A stretch of DNA of 64,000 nucleotides, taken from the NCBI GenBank assembly GCA_030390025.1, contig CM059432.1, positions 14,510,001 to 14,574,000 on the forward strand, in the 5' to 3' direction. Of the stretch, positions 26,483 to 37,700 are shown one piece after another (within the stretch, counting starts at the first letter, position 1; each line of letters begins with the position of its first letter). The notes beneath the pieces were generated by a model. That model was not told the DNA's origin, did no database searches, and saw nothing but the letters and a program-made list of their open reading frames with translations. A program made the translations under genes and the position numbers. This DNA is from Squalus acanthias (taxonomy: Eukaryota).

Positions 26483-26918
26483 GTCAGCTGTGGCTGAGTG
26501 GTAGCACCCTCGCCAAGGTTGTGGGTTCAAGTCCTACTCCAGAGACTGGAGCACAAAATCGTGGCAGACACTTCAGTGCAGTACTGAGGGAGTGCTGCAC
26601 TGTCGGAGGTGCCGCCTTTCAGATGAGACGCTAAACCGAGGCCCTGTCGGCCCACTCAGGCAGACGTAAAAGATCCCATGGCACTATTCAAAGAGCAGGG
26701 GAGCTATCCCCGGTGTCCTGAGCGATATTTATTTCTCAACCAATATCACTAAAACAGGTCATGATCACGTTTTTGCTTGTGGGAGCTTGCTGTGTGGAAA
26801 TTGGCTGCCACGTTTCCCACATTACAACAGTGACTGCAGTTCAAAAATACTTCATTGGCTGTAAAGCGCTTTGGGATGTCCTGGGGTCACGAAAGGCGCT
26901 ATATAAATGCAAGTCTTT
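26483..26918 (+). mobile_element. Deu-domain SINE, full length
   Basis: Same family as 401-863, opposite strand; GGTTCAAGTCC B box. Confidence 0.8.
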
Positions 26919-27369
26919 CCTTTAAAATAAAATGTAGGTAACTATACTTGAGGGTTAAAGATAAAAAAAAGCTGCAAATGTAAGTGATCTCAACTAAAAG
27001 CAGCATTTCTATTTTTATTTTAGAAGCGCGTACATACACGACGTTTTGTAATACATAAAAAAGTGCATAATTGCTCTTTGTTATTACATACCTGAACCTG
27101 CTGCTCCCTCCAGCCTCAGTCCCAGGAACCTGGTGCCCATGGCCTCGAACACTGGAACGATTCCATACACACGCTCAACCCCAGGGAAGACAACATACCT
27201 GGCTCCAGTCCCTGGGACCACTGTGTCCTGGCCTCGGTCCCAGGAATGCTTCTGCACCTGGCCTTGGTCCAGGAATGACTCCACAATTAGCCTTATGCCC
27301 CAGGAACACCGGCGCTCTTGGCCCGAGACACCCCCCCTACCTCTACCCCGTAACGCTTGATCTCCTCAC

Positions 27370-29870
27370 CTTTGCCCGGGTTATCCATGAGCAGTGCGTT
27401 GGGAGATCTTGCATATATAGCATGCCTTCATCACACCTTAAAAAGTCTTCAGCTGTTAACGATTGCACATCTCAAAGGCATTCCATTTGAAAGTGCACAC
27501 TTGCACCCGAACACCTGATCAGCTCCACTATCGACACCTAAAAATCACGATCGAACATTTAGGACTGTACCAATCAACTATTCCAAAATTCAACAAATGA
27601 GCAATCCAGAATCAGCAAACAGCTCCCGATAACAAGGGGCAAAAGGGGAAATCAAACAAATCATGCCAAGTACTTTTGAAAATCTCTTCAGCTACTATCT
27701 TCTCACTCAGCTGTGGACAGAGTGCTAAATAACATTTCTAACATAAAAACTGTAAAATTCACAACCCTGCCTATAGAATTGAGTCTTAAACATGGGTTTA
27801 TTTCAGGGGCCTTTCCCTTTCCTAAAAGCCTAGGCCTCTAGTTAATAGGGCTACCCGGAGCCATCACTCTGCTAAATTAGGAAGCTCAACCAGGTAGCAG
27901 AATATAACTCAAAATGCACCAATGTCCCTGGGCTAGCTATCTGCACTAAGACTTCCAGAAATCATTTTAAGGCTTCCTTTCTTCTGAATCTGATGACCAC
28001 CACATTTTAGATCTTGGGGGTGGGAGAAAGGAGCACGTATATCAGATCACCATTTATTTTTCCAATGATTGACATTAAGGTTGGTTATTCTCAATGCATG
28101 TCAAGATTTTCTGTTTGCAAGTCTTATCCCTTCCCCATCTGTCAAGTGGTAACACCATCACCTCCAAGTTACACACCACCCCGACTTGGAAATATATCGC
28201 CGGTCTTTCATCGTTGCTGCGTCAAAATCCTGGAACTCCCTTCCGAACAGCACTGTGGGAGTACCTTCACCACACAGACTGCAGCGGTTCAAGGCGGCTC
28301 ACCACCACCTTCTCAAGGGCAATTAGTGATGGGCAATAAATGCTGGCCTTGCCAGCGACACCCACATCCCGTAAATGAATAAAAATAGCTGAGCACAGAC
28401 AGCACGATAAGCCAGGAAGCCATTGTTAGACGGTGAAGGCAATACTGATTTTGTTTTGTATGAAAACATTAAAATGTAAAAACACAAATTTTTGAATTCT
28501 GAGGTAATTTGGATTTGAAGAAAAACCAACTATATTCAAAGGGTTGTTCACTTATGCAAATACAGCATGTTACTTGCAGATTTTATTTATGCAACTGGTA
28601 TGGGAAGGAAACCAATTTATTTCTTTATATGTGAAGGAATAAGCCATATTCAGAAAAATACACCATTCGATGAAAGAATTCTAGCCTTATTAAAACATGA
28701 CAAACTGGGTTTGGAAATCTGGAAGCCTCGACAATCTAAAGCTGTAAACAGCATACAGGCTATTGAGATAAGATAAGTTGCTGACACTGAATCAATAACC
28801 TTATTGAAACAGGAGGTTGGAAGCTCCTGAAGTCTGAAGCTTTGGAAAGAACACAATGGTACACCCTGTTAAGGTGTCCTAAATTACATTTCGGAAAGAA
28901 ACACAGAAAATTAAGAAACATATGCCTTCGTAAAAATGACATTAAATGAAACACAGGAGACACGATTCTGTGTTGCAACCAGCTGAGGTAACTAAGAATT
29001 GCATAGATCACTCTGGTTGAGGCGTTTTAATTTACACGTCGTAAAAAGACACAAACAGAAGACCTTGGTAAGAATGACATCAAATAGATGCACTTGCTGT
29101 TACACCATTTTTTATGATAAGCTCCGAACACCTGGGGTAGAGACACAATTCTTAATACTACCAGCTGAACTGACTAAGAATAGCAGGGGTCAGCAGAAAA
29201 ATGATAGAGATAATTAGCTTACATCAGCAGAAAACTTCAAAGAAAATACCAGAGAAAGGCTATAAATATTGAACTTTCAAATGGGATGATAGATTCGCTG
29301 TAAAGGGGCAAAGCGATTCTCGGCTTCAGAGGCAAGCTCTGTAAGTCTACAACTCTTTGTACCTCGGGGATCAAGGTATTGTACTGTATTTGATTTTGGT
29401 GGATATCCTGGAATAAGACCAAGAACTGTAAAAATGTAACGAAGTTAAGATTTGAGAATAAGGATCTCCGATAATAGAATTGTAAGATTTGTTTTTGGAA
29501 CTGTTAATGTTGCGATTGAATCACCAACTGTAATTACATGTCGGTTCTTCAATAAATCTATATATTTTTAGAATTGTCTCACATAATACTTCTGTATCAA
29601 ACTCGCGAACTCAATCTCTGTACGCCCTTTGGTGAGGAGTTGCAGAATTCTGGGGGAGTTTTCCAGACCCTCATAATATCCGGAACGCTACAGTCTAGCT
29701 AAACTTATTAAAAGTGCTATCTGGAGGACGGTAACATCTTCAGGTTGTTCCTTTCCTTTAGGGAGAGATAGTCTGGACCTTTAAACCCAATTAAGCGTCT
29801 TTAGGATTCGGCTACCTCAAACTTTAGTTGAAAGTGAACGTCTGAGGAATACGCCTGATCCGGGGTAGCC
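27370..29870. pseudogene. Decayed coding-like block of unknown origin (candidate endogenous viral element)
   Basis: Long frames with scattered stops, protein-like composition, ILDLGGG motif at 28004-28024, no resemblance to the local repeat families. Confidence 0.35.
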
Positions 29871-30388
29871 CTAAAGGGGCCAGGGCTAGTAATTATCCCT
29901 TCATATATACCTACCCTCAATGGGTGAGGAAAACACTGTGCACTCAATTTAACATCCATGAGCAATACTACAATATATAAACTCTTGCATCTATTATATA
30001 TTGTCATATGCCAAGTGCATGTCAACAAAAAATCTTTACTGTATCTGATTTCCCCAAGAAACAATAACAAAAAAAAAACCTTAACTGAACTCTGATCACA
30101 TCTCAAGTTTCTTTCCAAATTCAGTCAGTGGGCTTAAGCACACCTTCCGACCTGCATTGGTGTAATCTCTAACTCACCATGAGGTCTTTAAATAAATGTG
30201 GTTTCTATTCTAATAAAATGGGTCACATGAACCCTGTGCTGCAGACATTTTCTACCCTTATGGCTGCATCCAACTTGTAGTTATTCTTAGATCGCCAGTT
30301 TATTCTTTCTTAAAGAAAAAGTAAATTTACAAGATAAATTTACTTTCCAGGGCAATGCATTGGCCAAGTTCATCAAGAGTATCACTGA

Positions 30389-30803
30389 AATAAACACAGA
30401 AAATGCTGGAAATACTCAGCAGGTCAGGCAGCATCTGTGGAGAGAGAAACAGAGTCAACGTTTCAGGTCGATGACGTTTGATCAGAACTGGAAAAAGTTA
30501 GAGACGTAACAGGTTTTAAGCAAGTACAGAGGCAGGGAAAGGACAAAAGGGAAGGTCTGTGATAGGGTGGAAGGCAGGAGTGATTAAATGACAAAAGGGA
30601 TGATGGTGCAAGGTGAAAGGAGATGGTAATGCGACAAGTAAAGAAACAAAAGATGGATCTAGAGGTGTAAATGGGAATCAGAAACAGCAACAGCTGAAAC
30701 GTTCACTCTGTTTCTCTCTTCACAGATGCTGCCTGACCTGCTGAGTATTTCCAGCATTTTGTTTTTATTTCAGATTTCCAGCACCTGCAGTATTTTGCAT
30801 TTG
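30389..30803. mobile_element. Penelope family 1 insertion with inverted pLTRs
   Basis: Minus-strand pLTR (30389-~30690) followed by plus-strand partial pLTR (~30694-30803); 15-bp TSD CAAGAGTATCACTGA (30374-30388 / 30804-30818); mutated hammerhead core (CTGATCA) at 30453-30489 (-). Confidence 0.88.
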
Positions 30804-31355
30804 CAAGAGTATCACTGACGACTGCCACAGCAATAGAAGACCGAGGTTCAATATGCCTTAGAGTTCCTAATTACAGCTGTGCTGCCACAGGAAGGTACCA
30901 AGTATCTTCCTCTGCATTAGGCGTTTGCAGGATTCACTGAAGGCTGGAAAAAGGCTGTCCGTCTGCCCTAACTCTATGGAGAATAGAGACCCTTTGTACC
31001 CTGTACCTGAAGAGAATAGAAGTGATCAGAATCGGTTTAGAACGGTGACCAAAAGGTTCTTTGCAGCTAGAGTGCGGGGGGGGGGGAGGGGGAGGGTTGT
31101 CTATTTGGTGGTAATGAAAACCATGGGCTGTTTCCCCCTGTGTTAAGTTCTAATCTTATTTGGCCACAGAAAATTAAATTATAGAGCATTTTGTGTTACT
31201 TCCACTTTCTCCTTTAAAAAGGAGACTATTGGAAGATTTCCAAGAAGATGCAATACTTAGACTGAAGGAAAGATCAAAATTATATATAGCGCCTTATGTT
31301 TCTCAAATGTCTTAGTATTACACTAAGAATGATTTCCTTTGATGCACAGTGATGA

Positions 31356-31770
31356 AAAAGACTTGCATTTATATAGCACCTTTCACATCCACTGGACATC
31401 CCAAAGCCAATGAAGTACTTTGGAAGTGTAGTCACAGCAAGCTGTCACAAACAGCAATGTGATAATGACCAGATTTTTTTTTTTTTTAGTGATGTTGATT
31501 GAGGGATATTGGCCGGGACACCAGGGATAATTCCCCTGCTCTTCTTCGAAATAGTGCCATAGGATCTTGTACATCCACCTGAAAGAGCAGACGAGGCCTC
31601 GGTTTAATGTCTCATCCGAAGGACGGCACCTCCGACAGTGCAGCACTCCCTCAGTACTGCACTGGAGCGTCAGCCTAGATTTTTGTGCTCAAGTCTCTGG
31701 AGTGGGACTTGAAACCCATAACCTTCTGACTCAGAAGGTGAGTGTGCTTCCCACTGAGCCACAGCGGACA
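31356..31770 (-). mobile_element. Deu-domain SINE
   Basis: Same family, with an internal deletion. Confidence 0.8.
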
Positions 31771-32514
31771 CTGATGGTGACATGGGCACAGCGAGATCAC
31801 TATCTGGAAGTACACATCCTTTGGAGGTCCTAATCATGCAAGAAACTATGGATGCAGTAACCTATTAGCAAACTAGTCAGTACTGAAGCTGAAGTAATGG
31901 AGATAACTTCTCAAGTATGAGGACAGACAGAGCAGCCATGTGCACCACTGGTGAGCTTGCCTGGTTCACCCAAATAAAAGCCACAACCTAGAAAAAGACG
32001 CCACACGTTGTAAAGCAGGGCAGATATCCTTTGAAGGCCTGGAATTACCTCACGATGGGCCCTGCTGAAGGCCTAAAATCAATAAAAATTGGTCCACAAA
32101 ACATAAACCCCACCCCTATGATCCTAAGTCAGCATTAATTTTAGGCATCATGAAGGCCAAAACTTGGAACAATAAAAATTCCAAATCTTCACAAAAGCTT
32201 CTTTTTCTGGAGAAAAGTACATATCGTATATAGCTGTTAATCATGCGCAATAACTTTAAATTTCTGTATGCATGGCACCAAGGTGCAGCTGTCTCTAAAA
32301 GAGCGAAGGAATGATTTAGAACAATGCCCACCTGTACTGCGGAGAAAACCAGGCATTTCCTCACATGGACAAGAGTCTCATATAAAGATATAAAGATGTG
32401 AGGACATAGCAGAACTTCACACCTGTGTATCCTAACTGCAATTTCCACATTCTCCTGTGTGGATCTGATCATCTCCAATGTTGCCATGTTTTAAAAAAAA
32501 AGTAAGAGCTCAGT

Positions 32515-34611
32515 AGTTTATGTATATATAGTTTTAATAGGTCACAATTTTACATACCATGCTTACATTTTAATCCATCAAAAAAAATCAGCTACACCAA
32601 CAAAGAGACTTCACTTCTTAAATAACACATGCACTAATGGGTCGGAAGACCTACTTCATACTCTACGTAAAGCAATGTCTTCGAGCACAATCTGGAATCA
32701 ATAGCTGTACAGGTGCAGAGTGAATCTGCCCTGTTGTGGGTTCCACGATACATAATGTTCTTTAAGTTATCAAAATTACTTCCTTGAGCATTAATATAAA
32801 CAAAATGAATACTTTACTCTTATTTCACATATTTCTACAACAATCTGTAATACTGGGTATGGAAGCTACTCTGTTGCTCGTATTACGAGCCATGTCTGGA
32901 GTGGGTTTTCTTCAAGTAAAAACACACCCATTTTACAATGTGCTTGGCACCTGAAATTGAAAGCTAACAACGTTATGAGGGAGTGCTGCTCATTGTTATA
33001 ATGCAAGTGTGAGGTGCAGTCATTTGCACAATCAAAATGGTTTTGAACAGACCAAAATTTAAATATTTGATCTTAAGGCAACTTTTATAAAATGCCCACT
33101 TGAAATTTCATGTTATAAAATACCCACCTAAAACTTTATCCCATACCACCTCCAGCTTTTAGTGTATGTGCGTCCAAAGTGAGCACAAAGTGTCTTTTTT
33201 CAACAGTCAACTTTTTGATTAGTACTGAAGCAGGAGGATTATCTTTTGCTCCTACCACTATATAGTGTTATGTCTTTGAAACAAAGTAAATTAAGATTTA
33301 AATTGCATGACCCTGTTCTGCTACTGTGCATTGAATATTCTTTGCAGAACACTTCAGGGACAATTCCTTTATTTTACAAATATTGTACACTAGGTTTTCT
33401 CCAAATGACTGAAATCGCAATTTAGTGTTTCCTTTTAGCTCCCAACACTTGAGGGCTGTACTTCCTGGGAGGAAAAGTACATATTCGCAATTTCTGAACC
33501 AACATACAAACCCACAAAACTAGAACCATGCACCTAATGGGATTCTCTTACATGTACGAGTTATTCAGACTTTCAAAACCTCCCAAAATATATTCAGAAT
33601 CCGGTTCGTTTGCTCAGCGGTTCTCAGACTGGGGTCCGTAGAGACTTTGAGGGTCCGCGAAATAATGAGAAAGTGCGACCGGAGGCGGGCTTGGTGCGAG
33701 CCGGGAGCAGAGTGCGGTTGACACATGTGCAGCGCAGAGTCGGCTAGCTGTCTCACCTAGGAGGGGAGCGCACATGGAGAAGCGCCGAGAGCGGCGCGAA
33801 GATTGCCAGAAGAGGCGTTGATGGAACTAACCTGTAACCGTGCACGCTAACTTTCTTCCCAACACCATCTGTTGATCCCCTATTTCAGGGACACTTTCCC
33901 TCCCTCACCTGGGGAAAAAACATCACACCAAGGATAGACAGACTCTGCAGTAAGAAGCAGGCACACCCATCTCACTGATATCTGTAAGTAAATACCTGTT
34001 TCCTTAAAAGCATTATTAAAACACTCTTTACATGCAGCACTTTCATATTATGAGTATTATAATTTAGATTGGGGGGGGGGGTCGGTGATTATTAACCCAT
34101 TTGAAAAAGGGGTTCTTCAACCAAAAAAGTTGAGAGAAACACTGCATTAGTTTCTCTAGAACGTGCCTATCTTGCACTATTCAGGAAAGGAAGGCAGCAT
34201 TAACGTTGCGATACTACAGGCAACTGTAGCATTGTACTAGTACAATCAGACAGCCCTTTTCAGCTGGCTGATTTACTTTAGAGTACCAAAAAAACCTGTC
34301 CCTTTCGAACTCATTAGAAACACCTGGTACTGCACGCCAACAATAAATACAGTACTAGAATAGAAAACATTAATTTTGCCATCAGAGATCAGAGGATATT
34401 TAAAAAAAATAAAAACATGTGCAGTTATTCCGAACAGTGTCATTTGATCCTATATCATTTTAAAATCTCACACATATACAAAGTTAGTCGGAGCTCCTCT
34501 CTGATCATTCATACAAAGTGCAACGATGACAATGGCGAGACTGATTGTATTGCAGCAACGTACAGACATGGGTACGAGCGCAGTATGGCGTAGGGGGAGG
34601 AGAAGCACTGG
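32515..34611 (-). other. RAB12: Probable RAB12 3' UTR (end point uncertain)
   Basis: AT-rich, repeat-poor stretch after the stop; minus-strand ATTAAA near 32533-32538 with upstream UGUA; an AATAAA near 33368-33373 is an alternative. Confidence 0.4.
33615..34144. mobile_element. hAT-like MITE in the probable RAB12 3' UTR
   Basis: Ends CAGCGGTTCTCA... / ...TGAGAGAAACACTG; 8-bp flanks match at 5 of 8 positions. Confidence 0.5.
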
Positions 34612-34722
34612 TCAGCAGCAGCGAATGTTTGGCCGAAGTGGTGGGAGTTCCGGAGGGATTTCAGGCTCCGGCTGCAGCGATAGGATGCTGTTCGATAATT
34701 CGTGTCTGGGCACATCAGGCAT
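34612..34722 (-). CDS. RAB12: RAB12 exon 6 coding part ([36 protein letters not shown])
   Basis: Acceptor ttgcAG; ends CC then TGA. Confidence 0.96.
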   Translation of the reverse strand: MPDVPRHELSNSILSLQPEPEIPPELPPLRPNIRCC

Positions 34723-37700
34723 CTGCAATTAGGGTGGGGATAAAACAATACATTTCTTGAAGTTTCAAAATCGATTACAAGAGAATCCAGATAAAGATTC
34801 AGATACAATTCAGATAAGAAAACTGCAACTTCATACAATAATAAATTTTGCCATAATACCGTAATTTTCCACGCTAATGGTTCATCGCTTAACATTCTAG
34901 AATGTTCCAGCACAGAAATAGATAATTCAGTCCATCATAGATGCATTTAAGAGGAAGTTAGATAAGCACGTAAGGGAGAAAGTAACAGAAGGTTATGCTG
35001 ATGGGGTTAGAGGACGAGGGGCGGGAGGAGGCTCGTGTGGAGCATAATCACCAGCGGGGAGGCTGCTCGTCTTGTGGAATCCACGCTGTTTATCAATGTA
35101 CAAGATTGCACCTGGCACGGAGTATCGAAAGTCACAATCTGCAACGATTGTGGCCGCTGGCCATTCTCCAGTGAATGAGGTTGTCCATTTAGATCAGCAA
35201 GTGATAGTAGCCACTTGCTCCGCTGCTAGCGTTTATGCTCAATATCCCAGAGAGAGCAGCCCTGAAATTGGGTGTGCTGTTGTCAGTAGTAGCACTGTGA
35301 AGGGGCCACTCAAAAATAGCTAGCCTTCAAGAAATAACTTGAACTAGGAATTTTGCATTCATTTTGCTCTGTTTGCTATGAAATAAATTGCGAGCACTAT
35401 ACATCATTGGGCAATGTACAACAGCAATACCAGTCACTAGCACTCAACAACCTGATGCATCATCCGTTAGATCGGATTTCCTTGGAAATAGAAAGAAAGG
35501 GAAAAAGATAAAGGGAGAGATGAAACCAATAGTGTTTTGAAGTTGCTGCCATGTATAGGAACACCACCAGAGGAGCATGACAATGCTTCAAAACCATGTT
35601 GGAGTTGGTCTAAGTATACACCACTTTTGGACTGATATTTGTAATGCGGCATTGTTAGTTTCCAAAGTAACACAAACTCAATTGCCCCTGAATCATACAT
35701 AACGAAAACACAAATGTTACAGTAGACCCTTACGTTCTAAATCTTCGTTCTTTAATTAATGAACTTGCCTTATTTAAGATGTCATCCACAAGCTTCAAAA
35801 ATATCTCATTGACATTATAGTTGTCTTTTGCACTGGCTTCACAGAAACGCATCCCAGTTATCTGCAGGGCAAACTAAGGAAAAGAAAGAGCAAATATATT
35901 TAGACACGCATTTGCAACCAGAGGTTCATTTTTATTTTAAATTCCAAATTTCACGAAAAGTGGCAACAAGTCCATTTCAATTAGAAAAGGCACTATAGGC
36001 AACTTGTTAAGGAATACACACAAATCTAGTCGGACAAAAATCAGGAGGAAAGTATGAATCACAGAAGAGTCTTTTGCAAGTTTATTGCGCTTCACTAGGA
36101 CCCGGTTAAAGCAGATCCTTAACAAAAACAGCATTAAAAGTAATTGAAGCCGCTCTCCCATCATATTCTACAAACAACCAGCCTTGAACCAGCCTTTAAC
36201 CAGGTTTGCTGAACATGGGGTTGATCACATCACAAAGTGTCATATCTCAGAAATTTCTTTAAGACTTCTGCAGCCAATCTTACATTTCATGAATAGAAGT
36301 TTTAGCTAGTTAAATGGAGAATTCCAAGTGACCTGGACTGAGAAACTCAATGCAAAGTGGTCAAACTTGCAGATAACACCAAACTATGAGGGGCACTGGA
36401 TTCAGAGGAGGCAGCTCAGAAAAATATATAAAGTGGGCAGAACAATGCCAGACAAAATTTAATGCAGAGAACTGTAATGCATTGCGTACAAGAAGAAATA
36501 ATGGACAGATGTACGCCATGAATGGTGCTGAAATAGCCACGGATGAAGCTGACTAAGACCTAGGAGTCTTAGTAGACTCAACACACAATATGTTGAATCA
36601 ATGGAAAGCAGCAATCAACAAAGCTAATAGAACATTGAACTACAGTCAGAACAGTAAAATACAAGTCAGAGAAAGTCATGATCAGATTGCATAATGCATA
36701 CGAGAAGTGGTATCATCGAGGTATATAAAATAGTTAAAGGAATGAATATGGTTAGTCTAGAATATTACTTAAAATTAAAATGTGAGTAGGAGAAGAGTAC
36801 ACATATTCTAGATCGTAAAAGATAAATTGAGGACTGATGTTAGAAAGTTCCTCTTCACACTAAGTGTGATCAATATACAGAAGAGACATCCAGGAAGGAT
36901 AGTGGAGGTGAAAATCCTAGAATCTTAACAACTGGATCTCTCTGCACGGATAGATTAAAATGGGCCAAACAGCCTCCCTATCTGTAATTATATTGTGATC
37001 ACTGTGGCCAACTCCAGCTCTTCCCCACCCACCAAGTATCTCGTTGTCTATGACAATGGTAAACGCTAGGATTAACTCCTTCCAGTTACAGTTTGAGCAA
37101 GAGTTTTAAACAAGTACTTTGTGAGCAGAGTTGCTGTTGGAAGTCCCATTTCACGACAGTGAGCCTTATTTCAGGTTTGTTTCTTACCTTTTCTCCCTGC
37201 TGACGAGAGATCGCACGGTCAACTTCACAGTCTAGCTTATTTCCCACTAATAGAAGCTCTGCGTCTTCTGAAGCGTACTGTGTTTCAGAAAACAAGTGAA
37301 TGAACATTTGTTAGGAATAAAAAGTAGTGCGATGCACAGAAGGACTGTACTACTAACCCGAATAAGACATTTTGTTGAGCAGCTCCAATAACTTCCAAAA
37401 TGAGAAACATTAGGACCTTGCTAACGTGGTTTGTGTGTGTTAGCTTTTCTTTTTCCATGGAATGGATTTTCTGCTCATCCAGGCAATGATTGCCAATACT
37501 GCAGGTACAGGGCATAGCTATAAAACCATCACTGACCACTCCCTAGTCAGCTAAAAAAAATCTGGCCTTTTTCCCCGCCCATTTTAGTTTCCTTAACCAA
37601 CAGAAGTTGTCCTAAAGAAAGAAGACTTGCATTCATATTATACCTATCCTGAGGAAATCCCAAAACACCTTACAGCCAATTCATTACTTGTTCAAGTGTA

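Noticed and set aside
26483..26545. tRNA gene
   Set aside because: A/B-box head of a SINE continuing into the Deu core; no complete cloverleaf.
27095..27350. CRISPR-like array
   Set aside because: Units are degenerate, with no unique spacers of regular length and no cas genes; vertebrate context.
29386..29412. Plus-strand VFDFGGYPG as a second methyltransferase motif
   Set aside because: Short and stop-bounded, and antisense to a more protein-like minus frame; probably chance.
29833..29850. Hammerhead suggested by GAAA...CTGAGGA
   Set aside because: The required stems cannot be formed with this spacing.
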